Below, one piece after another: positions 29,258 to 38,061 of a DNA stretch of 53,970 nucleotides. The stretch lies in the IMG/VR virus record IMGVR_UViG_3300025108_000066, positions 1-53,970 of that record; one strand, 5' to 3'. The DNA comes from a virus (taxonomy: Duplodnaviria; Caudoviricetes). Both the position numbers and the translations under genes were made by a program. Under the pieces are notes generated by a model. It was not told the DNA's origin, did no database searches, and saw nothing but the letters and a program-made list of their open reading frames with translations. The stretch's first letter is position 1. Each line of letters begins with the position of its first letter.

Positions 29258-29864
29258 CAATCATTCCTGATGGTATAGGTTTGCCATTCCATTCGTTTGT
29301 TTCAGGCTGATAGAATCCTCCTATCTCTATCCATCTAGCTTTAGCTTTGGCACCAATTAAGCCTTCTATTGGGCATGGTGTACCTGCATCCATCATGGCT
29401 TGCCACACGTCAACGTCTTGACACATAAGTGATATCGCTGCGACTTTCATACCAAGTTTAGCTAATACGGCAGATGCTTTACGTCTTTCACATTCTTTAT
29501 CTATCATATAGCTTCCAAATGAGCCTGAGAAGCCGATTACGGTCACTCCTGCTGCAAGTGGTATAACACAGCTGTCTTGTCCATAAACGCTCATTCCAGG
29601 GGCTGAGGAGCTGTTTACAGCAGTTTCCTGATTTGTTGAATTATTAGTTGTATTAGATGTAGTAGAGTTTGAGCTACTACCTGATTGATATGTAGTGCTA
29701 GATTCATAGCCACCCGTAATAGCGGTGTTTGAGCCAGCATTATTGGATTGGGTATTTGTAGTGCTTCCTGAGCTAGTAACGTCAGACAACGCAGAATCTA
29801 TACTTAGTAATAATATAAATATTACAATTAAAAGTATTGCACCTTTTATTTTCGACACTTCCAT
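29232..29864 (-). CDS. Exported Ser/Thr/Asn-rich, Cys-containing protein
   Basis: N-terminal hydrophobic signal; DSC, ECER, GMKVAAISLMCQ, GTPCP. Confidence 0.7.
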   Translation of the reverse strand: MEVSKIKGAILLIVIFILLLSIDSALSDVTSSGSTTNTQSNNAGSNTAITGGYESSTTYQSGSSSNSTTSNTTNNSTNQETAVNSSSAPGMSVYGQDSCVIPLAAGVTVIGFSGSFGSYMIDKECERRKASAVLAKLGMKVAAISLMCQDVDVWQAMMDAGTPCPIEGLIGAKAKARWIEIGGFYQPETNEWNGKPIPSGMIDEDTNTTK

Positions 29865-30094
29865 TTTCTTAACGCCAACGCTTTTCTTGTTGGCCTCCCT
29901 TTGCTGTCCTTCATCGGTCCTTTAACACCAGACATTCTTGCACAAAAACTTTTTCTTCTTGCTGCTGCTTTAGAACCTTTAGGTGCTTTACCAGTTACAG
30001 GTGGTTTAAGATTAGAACCATCTTTTCGTTTAAAATGAGCTCTACCTGCTGCGTTAAGACCCCCAGTTTTACTTTGGTATTTCTTAAGAACCAT
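29846..30094 (-). CDS. Small basic protein (DUF6321-like)
   Basis: GGLNAAGR, RRKSFCARM, LRKWKC. Confidence 0.7.
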   Translation of the reverse strand: MVLKKYQSKTGGLNAAGRAHFKRKDGSNLKPPVTGKAPKGSKAAARRKSFCARMSGVKGPMKDSKGRPTRKALALRKWKCRK

Positions 30095-30264
30095 TAGCCT
30101 CTAGCCACCTTCTTTGCCTTTGCTGACAAATCTTTAAAGTGAACAACAGGTTTGGAACTTGCAGTATGCGTTTTGCCTGTGTGTATTTTACCACCTGGCA
30201 TTTTATGAACAGCACCTTTAAATTCCTTACCTGTTTTAAAATAATGTTTGGTTCCTGCAGCCAT
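30094..30264 (-). CDS. Small basic His/Lys-rich protein, 56 aa (not in ORF track)
   Basis: MAAGTKHYFK...HKMPGGKIHTGKTHTASSK...; TAATG coupling on both sides. Confidence 0.75.
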   Translation of the reverse strand: MAAGTKHYFKTGKEFKGAVHKMPGGKIHTGKTHTASSKPVVHFKDLSAKAKKVARG

Positions 30265-30416
30265 TATTTTTTCATGCCTTTGCAGCCGCCTTTAACCATG
30301 CCGCCTTTACCATACATCATCTTATTATTTTTCTTAACCTTTCCGCCCATAGCATATTTCATGATAAGTTTGCTTCCTGGCTTAGTTTTCATTCCAACTT
30401 TGTTTCCACCTGGCAT
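30264..30416 (-). CDS. Small Lys/Met/Gly-rich protein, 50 aa (not in ORF track)
   Basis: AGGAG SD; contains YAMGGKV and YGKGGMV. Confidence 0.7.
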   Translation of the reverse strand: MPGGNKVGMKTKPGSKLIMKYAMGGKVKKNNKMMYGKGGMVKGGCKGMKK

Positions 30417-30426
30417 AACATTTCTC

Positions 30427-30642
30427 CTATAATAATTTTAATATGTCTGTAAATTTATCTGTAGTTAAAACAAAAATAACAATAATTGTCCAGATTATAT
30501 ATTTAAATTTAAAGACTTCTCGTTTTACATCGCTCAAATCTGCTTCAATATGAGTTAGATGATTATGCTTAATATCGTGCACATCTTTTTTAATAAGCTC
30601 AACCTCAAGCGTTAATTCATTATTGTCTTTCATACCTTTCAT
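30427..30642 (-). CDS. Coiled coil + C-terminal TM protein (XhlA/holin-like)
   Basis: IKHNHLTHIE coiled coil, then YIIWTIIVIFVL TM. Confidence 0.6.
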   Translation of the reverse strand: MKGMKDNNELTLEVELIKKDVHDIKHNHLTHIEADLSDVKREVFKFKYIIWTIIVIFVLTTDKFTDILKLL

Positions 30643-30797
30643 TTGCCTTCTGCTTTTCTAACAGCCTCAGTTTGGTCTACCACTTTAGCTGTCTCTTCTT
30701 CTAGCTCAGGCTCTTCTACTACTACACATCCTTCAACCATAGTGTTACTTCTAGCAAAGGTTCCGTTGGGGTACATAAGTAGTGGTGTTCTTTTCAT
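30639..30797 (-). CDS. Hypothetical protein, 52 aa (not in ORF track)
   Basis: MKRTPLLMYPNG...KAEGK*; fills the gap, ATGA overlap with the next gene. Confidence 0.6.
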   Translation of the reverse strand: MKRTPLLMYPNGTFARSNTMVEGCVVVEEPELEEETAKVVDQTEAVRKAEGK

Positions 30798-30800
30798 GTG

Positions 30801-31721
30801 TTATCCCTCTAATGTTGTTACTCTAGATTGTAAGTCTTCTATTACTGCTTGTTGTTCTTGTATTGTTTTGACCAATAAAGGTACAAGTTTGCTTTGGTCG
30901 ATTCCTTGCATTTGTTCAGCATCTTTAGTTCCTATTATAGCTTCAGGTACTATGCTTGATACTTCGTGTGCAATAAATCCATCTAATTCTGTGTTTGTAT
31001 CATCTGCTATCCAATTAAATCTGCATGGTTTGAGTTGCTTTAATCTTGCTGTTGCATCAAATGTATAATCTACATTTTCTTTTAGTCTATAATCAGATGA
31101 AGTGCTATATGTGGTTGATGAGCCACTTACTGTAACTGCTCCTGCACTTGTCGAATCACTTGAATAAAATCTTATAGCATCATTATTTGCATAACATCTT
31201 ATTTCCATACCATTTTGATTTGTAGCATCTGATTTTATACATACAAAAGAATTATTTCTTTCAACAGTTGTGCCAATATAAACCTGTCCAACACCATTAA
31301 CTTTCATTCTATCAGAGCCACCTGTTTTGAAATCTATTTCATCATCTGTGTCAGCAGTAATACTAGTATCACCATCAGCATCTAATACTAACTCAGCACC
31401 ATTGAGGTCTCGAGCCTCTGCTTGTATATCTTCAAAAAGTTTAGCTACAGGTCTAAGCTCAAACCTATCACCTGTACTAAATGCTCTAGCTGAAGTATTA
31501 TCTTGTGCTCTGACTACAGTTAAAGAGTCAGTAGACCTAGCTGTAACCTTAACAATCTCAAGATTGTTTGAAGTATCTATAAGGGTTCCATAAAAATAGT
31601 TACCAGTAGTTAGAGTAGGAAATCTAGCTCCTTCACCAGAAGCTAATGCAACAGTTGTAGCAGAGTCATTTATACCTGATGCTAATGTACTAAATCCGTT
31701 ATTTGTAATTTTAACTGTCAT
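30801..31721 (-). CDS. Tail fibre/spike with C-terminal peptidase S74 intramolecular chaperone
   Basis: TSSDYRLKEN, GFIAHEV...PEA, DQSKLVPLLVKTIQE. Confidence 0.85.
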   Translation of the reverse strand: MTVKITNNGFSTLASGINDSATTVALASGEGARFPTLTTGNYFYGTLIDTSNNLEIVKVTARSTDSLTVVRAQDNTSARAFSTGDRFELRPVAKLFEDIQAEARDLNGAELVLDADGDTSITADTDDEIDFKTGGSDRMKVNGVGQVYIGTTVERNNSFVCIKSDATNQNGMEIRCYANNDAIRFYSSDSTSAGAVTVSGSSTTYSTSSDYRLKENVDYTFDATARLKQLKPCRFNWIADDTNTELDGFIAHEVSSIVPEAIIGTKDAEQMQGIDQSKLVPLLVKTIQEQQAVIEDLQSRVTTLEG

Positions 31722-31732
31722 AATCTATTAAT

Positions 31733-33139
31733 TTATCCTTCTAGTGCTGTAATTCTTGCTTCTAATTCTTGTATTGTTTTAACTAATAGTGGAACAAGTT
31801 TTGCTTGGTCTATTTGTTGCATAACAGGTATATCACTCATACTTGCAGACCATGTAGTATCATTTGCATAATTTCCATCTGCTTTATCTTTTGTCCATTC
31901 TGCTTCTGTTACACCCTCTGAATTGAAAGTTCCATCGGCATTTTTAACAACATTGGTTGCTGTTCTTGTAGCATCTTTAGTTCCTATTATAGCTTCAGGT
32001 ACTATGCTTGATACTTCATGTGCAATAAATCCATCTACTGTTTTATCTGCATCTACAATAAAATTAAATCTTGCAGGTTTTAATTGTTTTAATCTTGTTG
32101 TTGCATCAAATGTATAATCTACATTTTCTTTTAATCTATAATCTGATGATGTTGCATAAGTTGTGCTTGATGCTGATGTCGATATACTACCACCACTAGC
32201 CCCATCTTTATGAAAGACAACGACAATACCATCACTTGATAATCTATTTATAACTATAGGTTCCATACCATCTGCAATAAATTCAGCAGCACCTGCTTTT
32301 GTGCCTAAATCGTTAAAACAAATACCTGCAGTTCCAAAGTTATTAGTATTTTTATTAAATAATATTTCACCTGAACTATTAATTCTCATTCTTTCTGTAT
32401 TGCTTGATGTTGTAGCACTACTGCCTTTAGTGAATATAAGAGCATTATCTGAGTTTATGTAAGTATGCTCAAATGTGCTTGTATCGTTGGTTACTCTAGG
32501 AACACCTCTTATCCATAAACCTGCTTGTGTACCTGATGAGCCAGAGCCATGCATTTTTACATTCACTCCACTAGCAGTTGTTATATCGGTTGTAGTGATA
32601 GACATTCTATCTGTGCCACCTGTTTTAAAATCTATTTGGTCATCGGTATCTGCCGTAATTGAAGTGTCTGCATCAGCATCGAGTATCAATTCTGCTCCGT
32701 TTAAATCTAAAGCTCCCCCAAAAGAGGGTGCTGTAATATTTCCTGAAGATTGAATAGTACCTGTAATATTAATATTACCTGTACCTGTAATATCATTTGA
32801 GTTTAATCCTAGGTCTGACCCTAGTGCAGATATTTGAGTTGAAACATCTAATAAAGATTGTGCAGTAATTCTAAGTTCTATTCTATCACCAACAGCAAAT
32901 GCTCTAGCTGAAGTGCTTTCTTGTGCACGAGTAACAGTTAATACATCAGATGACCGTGCAGTACATTTAGCAATCTCTAAATTATTTGATGCGTCTATAA
33001 GAGTTACAAAAAAATACTCACTGCCTGTTAAAGATGGGAATAAAGCTCCGTCCCCAGATGCTACAGTTATACTAGTAACAGAGTCATTTATACCTGAAGC
33101 TAGTGTAGATACTGCGTTATTCGCAAATTTTACTGGCAT
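31733..33139 (-). CDS. Tail fibre/spike with C-terminal peptidase S74 chaperone (paralog of 30801-31721)
   Basis: Shared N-terminal anchor (NN..STLASGINDS, NNLEI.K.TAR) and S74 motifs. Confidence 0.85.
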   Translation of the reverse strand: MPVKFANNAVSTLASGINDSVTSITVASGDGALFPSLTGSEYFFVTLIDASNNLEIAKCTARSSDVLTVTRAQESTSARAFAVGDRIELRITAQSLLDVSTQISALGSDLGLNSNDITGTGNINITGTIQSSGNITAPSFGGALDLNGAELILDADADTSITADTDDQIDFKTGGTDRMSITTTDITTASGVNVKMHGSGSSGTQAGLWIRGVPRVTNDTSTFEHTYINSDNALIFTKGSSATTSSNTERMRINSSGEILFNKNTNNFGTAGICFNDLGTKAGAAEFIADGMEPIVINRLSSDGIVVVFHKDGASGGSISTSASSTTYATSSDYRLKENVDYTFDATTRLKQLKPARFNFIVDADKTVDGFIAHEVSSIVPEAIIGTKDATRTATNVVKNADGTFNSEGVTEAEWTKDKADGNYANDTTWSASMSDIPVMQQIDQAKLVPLLVKTIQELEARITALEG

Positions 33140-33151
33140 TTATATCTCCTC

Positions 33152-33589
33152 TTAACTTATAGTTACAGTCCATGTAATACCTAATGTATCGCTTGCACCT
33201 TTGTTTATAACAGAGAATACAGTTCTACATAAGAGGGTACCGCTTGAACTAGCATTTAAAAGTCCAGCTTCTGTAATTGCACCTGTGCCTGTGCCAGCAC
33301 CAAATGATGCTACATACGCTACAGAGTTAGTTGATACAGTACTAGATGTTAGAGCTACACGTCCAGCTTCACTGCCTAATGCAGTATTGCCAGCTGCAGC
33401 CGCAGTGCTTCCAGTTCCTATTGCCATGTGAGACATAACAGTAGTGTTGTTTTTTAGTCGGTCAGCAATAAAATTTTTACCTGCTGTTACAACTAAATTA
33501 GGTACGATAACCTCATGTTTTACATTTCCTTGTGGACTAGTAAGGGTAAGTTTTAATTCACCTTTTACTTTAATTAAATCGTTAATCAT
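33152..33589 (-). CDS. Tail/virion structural protein
   Basis: NLVVTAG, HMAIGTG, ITEAGL, VINK...TWTVT motifs. Confidence 0.7.
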   Translation of the reverse strand: MINDLIKVKGELKLTLTSPQGNVKHEVIVPNLVVTAGKNFIADRLKNNTTVMSHMAIGTGSTAAAAGNTALGSEAGRVALTSSTVSTNSVAYVASFGAGTGTGAITEAGLLNASSSGTLLCRTVFSVINKGASDTLGITWTVTIS

Positions 33590-33602
33590 TTATCCATCTC
33601 CT

Positions 33603-34667
33603 TTAAGTCTTAGCTCCAGCTGATAGCGGAGTAGCGTTACACATGTGTCCACCCAACGAACTGTCATCAACTTCAGTATATATGTAATTAATAACAAGTC
33701 CAGCGTTCGATGAATCACCCTCAGTTATTCTATCATCATTCATTACAAGTTGACCTACAAATCCTGGGCCACCAATGACACCTGTAGTCGACTCATTTCT
33801 AGTAAATATAAAACCAACTGTACCGTCAGAAACATTAACAAGCTCTGGGTACATAGTTGTAAGAGTTCCTAATGTAAGTGTTGTATTTATACTTTCAGAA
33901 GCACTAGCACTATCACTAGGTGCTATGCTTACAGTTATTGAATTTACAGCATCTGATGGTGTAGAACTATCAGCCTTAACTATACTTGGCTGTAAAACTT
34001 GTGCATCAGATGTTGATATAGAATCTGTTTTCCCTTGTGGGGTAATTGTTTTAGCGTCAGACTCAGAAGCAGACGCAGAATCCGTTTTAACTATACTAGC
34101 ACTCTTAACATCTGCCTCGGATACAGATGCTGAATCGCTAGGATTAGTACCTATGGCTTTTGTGTTGACCGATTCAGACGGCGTTACACTATCGCTTTGA
34201 GGTATATCTGGTTGTAATGACGGTAAATCAGAGGCTGATGCAGAATCTGTCTTACTTGTAGTAAATGTTTTAGCATCAGATTCAGACACATTTATAGGGT
34301 CTGGGTCTATATCATCATCACTTAAATCAAAATCAACTGTAGAATTTATTATTTTATTTGGTGTATCAGTTGCTGATACTGAATCAGACTTAGCTAGTTG
34401 AGCAACAAATATTGGGTCACTATCAGAAGTTGTAACAGAATCCCCTGCTATTATACCTACTTCAAAAACCTGAGTATCACTTACTGTTATTGAATCTACA
34501 TGCCTGCGAGTAGGTATTAATTCAAATGCTTTTATACCTAACTGAGACGTATTTACTGTAGCCGATATCTTATTGCTATCACTAACTACAGAACTAACAC
34601 TATTAACACTAACGCTAAAAGATATAGCCGTTGCGGCAATAGCAGATACAAGTCTGATGTTAGCCAT
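33603..34667 (-). CDS. Ser/Asp-rich repetitive virion protein
   Basis: About 10 imperfect xDSxSxS[DE] repeats spaced ~19-20 aa apart. Confidence 0.65.
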   Translation of the reverse strand: MANIRLVSAIAATAISFSVSVNSVSSVVSDSNKISATVNTSQLGIKAFELIPTRRHVDSITVSDTQVFEVGIIAGDSVTTSDSDPIFVAQLAKSDSVSATDTPNKIINSTVDFDLSDDDIDPDPINVSESDAKTFTTSKTDSASASDLPSLQPDIPQSDSVTPSESVNTKAIGTNPSDSASVSEADVKSASIVKTDSASASESDAKTITPQGKTDSISTSDAQVLQPSIVKADSSTPSDAVNSITVSIAPSDSASASESINTTLTLGTLTTMYPELVNVSDGTVGFIFTRNESTTGVIGGPGFVGQLVMNDDRITEGDSSNAGLVINYIYTEVDDSSLGGHMCNATPLSAGAKT

Positions 34668-34999
34668 TAGAAATTACTTCTTACTCTAAATTTTAATAAA
34701 TCATAGACAGTGTGAAGACTGCCATCAAAACTAACTACTATCTCACCTTCATATGAGCCTTCATCAACATCTAAGACACCACTAGAAAAATTAAACTGTA
34801 TCTTACCGTCTGACCCTGTATTAGTTTTAGCACAACTAATAGTTGATAAAACTGTTGTAGTGCCTGTAGCTCTAAACTTTACAGATACTGAAGTAGTAGA
34901 CGCTGATAAGTCTAATGCAGTATTAGCTACGTCGTCATTTAATGTTATTTGAATGAGTGGTAACTCATCTCCTTTTACTAATCTAATTACATCTGCCAT
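34667..34999 (-). CDS. BppU N-terminal-like tail protein
   Basis: LVKGD.LP.I..TL.D...LDL; G.YEGEI....G...TV. Confidence 0.6.
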   Translation of the reverse strand: MADVIRLVKGDELPLIQITLNDDVANTALDLSASTTSVSVKFRATGTTTVLSTISCAKTNTGSDGKIQFNFSSGVLDVDEGSYEGEIVVSFDGSLHTVYDLLKFRVRSNF

Positions 35000-35004
35000 A
35001 TCTA

Positions 35005-35661
35005 TTACCCAAATGGTTGACCTTGAACTCTCATAGATGCTCTTCCCGCACCTAAGTTAGCTCTAGCTCTACGTTCTTGCAATTTAAATATAAACTGCTT
35101 TGCATGATACGAAGCTAATTCTCTATCACTCCAACTTCTATCTGGTAGCACTAATAAATGTTGAAGTGCTCCATGCATGATAACATTTTCTAATTCATCC
35201 AAAACTGTTTTATCCATCTCTGTTGACGTTCTTAGTGGCTTTAAACACACAATCATCCTGACATCATAGCTCTCAGTACTATCTGGTACAGGTGCTACAG
35301 AAAAATGGTCTGCATCTAAGTGTGTTATATACTTAGGTTTAGCTCTTGATGTAGTAGGTTGATTTGGCCATTTAGGATATAGATGGTACATCTTATCTAA
35401 AGTAACGGGCGTAAGCATTTCATCATTTACAGTAGCTGTAATAAAAGCATGAACCTCGGATTGAGTTGGACATTCATATGCATAGTCATGAACTCCTGTA
35501 ACTAAACGTATTCTTGGTTGTTCATACCTCCACGCAAGAGTTCGTTCACACGTTTCAATCGCTGCATCACGAACGTACTGCTCTATGATTGGCGTAGGAC
35601 ACCCAGGCACGCTAGGAGATAATCTATTTGAAATATCAACAAATGTTCTAATTCCAGCCAT
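35005..35661 (-). CDS. Head-tail adaptor (tubular protein A-like)
   Basis: VPGCP, AAIETCERT, PVPD, HGAL..L...P...WS. Confidence 0.7.
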   Translation of the reverse strand: MAGIRTFVDISNRLSPSVPGCPTPIIEQYVRDAAIETCERTLAWRYEQPRIRLVTGVHDYAYECPTQSEVHAFITATVNDEMLTPVTLDKMYHLYPKWPNQPTTSRAKPKYITHLDADHFSVAPVPDSTESYDVRMIVCLKPLRTSTEMDKTVLDELENVIMHGALQHLLVLPDRSWSDRELASYHAKQFIFKLQERRARANLGAGRASMRVQGQPFG

Positions 35662-36332
35662 TATGTTAAGTCCTCTGTAATACTAGTTTTTGTTGTATTA
35701 ACTGTTATCATACCACCTTCTTCTGTGTCTGTTGCTACTTTACTTTGTGCATTAACAGCAAGAGACTTAGTGAAAGAATTATAAAATATATCAGCTCGTT
35801 TTGAATTAACATGTTCATTATCTACTGATTCAGCTAAAAATATTGTAGCATCAACTACTACTGGAAAGTATGCGTCTGATAATAAATCAACCGTTGTAGT
35901 CCCGTCGTAAGTTGGAGGGCTTTGTGAATATTCAATATCTAACACTTGACCAGCTGGAGCTTTTGGGTATATAAAAAATTTATTAGCGTTCCTTGTGTGC
36001 CTCATCCAGTTCACTGCAGCTGATGCAGTATCATTCATCCATTGTGGATAAGATTGGTCTAGTGATTCTCTATTAACTTCTATACATCCATTACCACCGC
36101 TTACTGAAAAAACTTCCATAATACGTAATGAATCGGTAGGTGCTGATTGTATAGCTTCGTTTTCTGTGCAAGTCATTGTAGTTATTTTAGCAAATAAATC
36201 AGGTCTAAGTACTGCAATACGCCTTAAAGCTTGGTTTGAAAAACTTAAAAGCACCGCATCAGAGTATCTTTGCGGAGTATTCTCATCCTGTATCATTCTT
36301 CTAACTTCAGTAATAACGTCATTTAAAATCAT
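35661..36332 (-). CDS. Head-tail adaptor (DUF6682-like), second copy
   Basis: VRRMIQD...RYSD..LL, IAVLRPD, FFIYPKA. Confidence 0.7.
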   Translation of the reverse strand: MILNDVITEVRRMIQDENTPQRYSDAVLLSFSNQALRRIAVLRPDLFAKITTMTCTENEAIQSAPTDSLRIMEVFSVSGGNGCIEVNRESLDQSYPQWMNDTASAAVNWMRHTRNANKFFIYPKAPAGQVLDIEYSQSPPTYDGTTTVDLLSDAYFPVVVDATIFLAESVDNEHVNSKRADIFYNSFTKSLAVNAQSKVATDTEEGGMITVNTTKTSITEDLT

Positions 36333-36607
36333 TTTTTACTCTTTTTAGTCCTAGCTTTTTCTACACTTCGTGTAACTTCTTCTGCTAATTCTACCTTATC
36401 AGATTTCTTTTTCTTAGGTATAGCTTTAGTTTCTAAATTAACTTTTGGTTTACGACCCTTTTGTTCTTTAGTCATAAATTTTTCTGGGAATGCTTGCTCT
36501 TCAGTTACTTCTTCTGTCCTAGGATTTTCTGCAAGTATTTCATCCCACTCATAGATTTCACCATCTACTATATTTCTTAGCCATCTTCGTGCCATTTTTC
36601 TCTCCAT
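36329..36607 (-). CDS. Hypothetical protein
   Basis: In the structural operon; ATGA overlap with the next gene. Confidence 0.65.
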   Translation of the reverse strand: MERKMARRWLRNIVDGEIYEWDEILAENPRTEEVTEEQAFPEKFMTKEQKGRKPKVNLETKAIPKKKKSDKVELAEEVTRSVEKARTKKSKK

Positions 36608-36615
36608 TTAAATAA

Positions 36616-36640
36616 TCGGGGGGTTAAAGTTACCCCCCGA
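36616..36640 (-). terminator. Hairpin (terminator/stabiliser) after the capsid genes
   Basis: TCGGGGGGT...ACCCCCCGA followed by TTATTT on the - strand. Confidence 0.7.
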
Positions 36641-36654
36641 CCATATGTTTTACG

Positions 36655-37122
36655 TTATGAACAATCAGCGATAACTGCCCAAACTTTAATTACAGCAGCA
36701 TCTGTTACAGCACCTGATACACCAATAAGCATATCAATAGTGTCTGCAGTTGCAAAATAATGACTTTGATTGTCACCATTTAAAAGTGCACCGTTTGATG
36801 ATGTTGTTCCTGCTGAGTTGGCATCGCCGCCGTCAACAAAACCATCTACATCACCACCAGTAAGACCGAGGTCAAACGTTGATGCTGCACCTTCTGCAGT
36901 TGTAGTAGTTGCTCCAACAGCCATCACTAATGTGTTAGCTGGTATAGAAAGTACTTGGAGAGAATCACCAGCAGCTAATGCCGTAGCACCTGCTGTAACC
37001 CTATCCGCTGTTATTGTAGCGAAATTTAATTCCACTTCGATATAGCCGACTCTATTAACGCCTTTGGCAGGGTGTGCCGCAGAACCTTTATTAAAGCCGT
37101 GCGTATCTGTATATGCAGCCAT
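36655..37122 (-). CDS. Capsid decoration/cement protein
   Basis: Directly follows the MCP gene; GD...LSIPANT.V, DLG..GGDVDGF, ADTID. Confidence 0.65.
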   Translation of the reverse strand: MAAYTDTHGFNKGSAAHPAKGVNRVGYIEVELNFATITADRVTAGATALAAGDSLQVLSIPANTLVMAVGATTTTAEGAASTFDLGLTGGDVDGFVDGGDANSAGTTSSNGALLNGDNQSHYFATADTIDMLIGVSGAVTDAAVIKVWAVIADCS

Positions 37123-37137
37123 GTTAGTCCTCCTAGG

Positions 37138-38043
37138 TTACACAGTAACAATCATTGTAGCTAATGCTTCAGGTTTAACAACTTTATAGCCGTAAACTTG
37201 AAGACCACGAATGATGTTCCCGAATGTTGTTTCTGAACGGATTGTTTCCATGTTGGTCATTTGTGACGCAAATGTAAACCCCATTGTGTGCCCACCGATT
37301 ACGCTGAACTCACTTCCGCTCTTCTTAAGATTGTGACTTACATAAACTGTAAATCTATCAATCATACCTAGACGACCATTTCTTAATGGTGTGCTTCCGT
37401 CACCAGTAATAGATGCATCTTTTAAGTCTGATTGCTTGATTAGACCAGCCATTTTAGCAGGTATTACAAGAAAACGCCCTGTTTCAGGACAGTTAGCCTC
37501 ATCAAGAACTGTTCCCATATCTACAATCTTACCAATTACATTTGAAGTAGTAAGTGCTTCTGGGGTACCTGCTACACCAAGGTCGATGTCACCAGAGATT
37601 GCTCCAGCAGTTGTTCCTTTGTTTGATGCAGATACATCAGTTAACAAATCAGTTAATACTCTTTGGTCAATTTTAATCTTCATACGCTCTGAAGCGTCTT
37701 TAGACCACATGTCCATAAGAGCTATGTCTGTTTGTACTTGGTCAACATCATCTTCAACACAAGCAAAGTATTCACCTTTGTCGATAATGAGTTGTAGTTT
37801 ATTTTTGTCAGGGTTTTCAACTGCAAGAGTTTGTCCCTTGACGTATGTTTGAATAGTGATTTCAGGGGTTGTACGAATATTAACCGTATCACCCATACTA
37901 CGAATCTCACCTTCATAGTCAGTGTTTGAGATTGCTGCCAATACCGTAGCATCGTAGAAATTCTCAATCAACTTACCAGACCAAATTTCAGGTATAAAGT
38001 TTCCTGTATACGCTGGATTGCCTGGTGATGTTGCAAAAGCCAT
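37138..38043 (-). CDS. Major capsid protein (HK97 fold, P22 gp5-like)
   Basis: FIPEIWS, NTDYEGEI..GDTV.I, IRGLQVYG.KVV.PEAL; follows the scaffold gene. Confidence 0.9.
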   Translation of the reverse strand: MAFATSPGNPAYTGNFIPEIWSGKLIENFYDATVLAAISNTDYEGEIRSMGDTVNIRTTPEITIQTYVKGQTLAVENPDKNKLQLIIDKGEYFACVEDDVDQVQTDIALMDMWSKDASERMKIKIDQRVLTDLLTDVSASNKGTTAGAISGDIDLGVAGTPEALTTSNVIGKIVDMGTVLDEANCPETGRFLVIPAKMAGLIKQSDLKDASITGDGSTPLRNGRLGMIDRFTVYVSHNLKKSGSEFSVIGGHTMGFTFASQMTNMETIRSETTFGNIIRGLQVYGYKVVKPEALATMIVTV

Positions 38044-38061
38044 AATAGCCTCCTGTTTTAA

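Noticed and set aside
30801-33139. Diversity-generating retroelement (TR/VR pair)
   Set aside because: No reverse transcriptase was found; both copies are coding S74 regions and the few differences are not an adenine-specific pattern.
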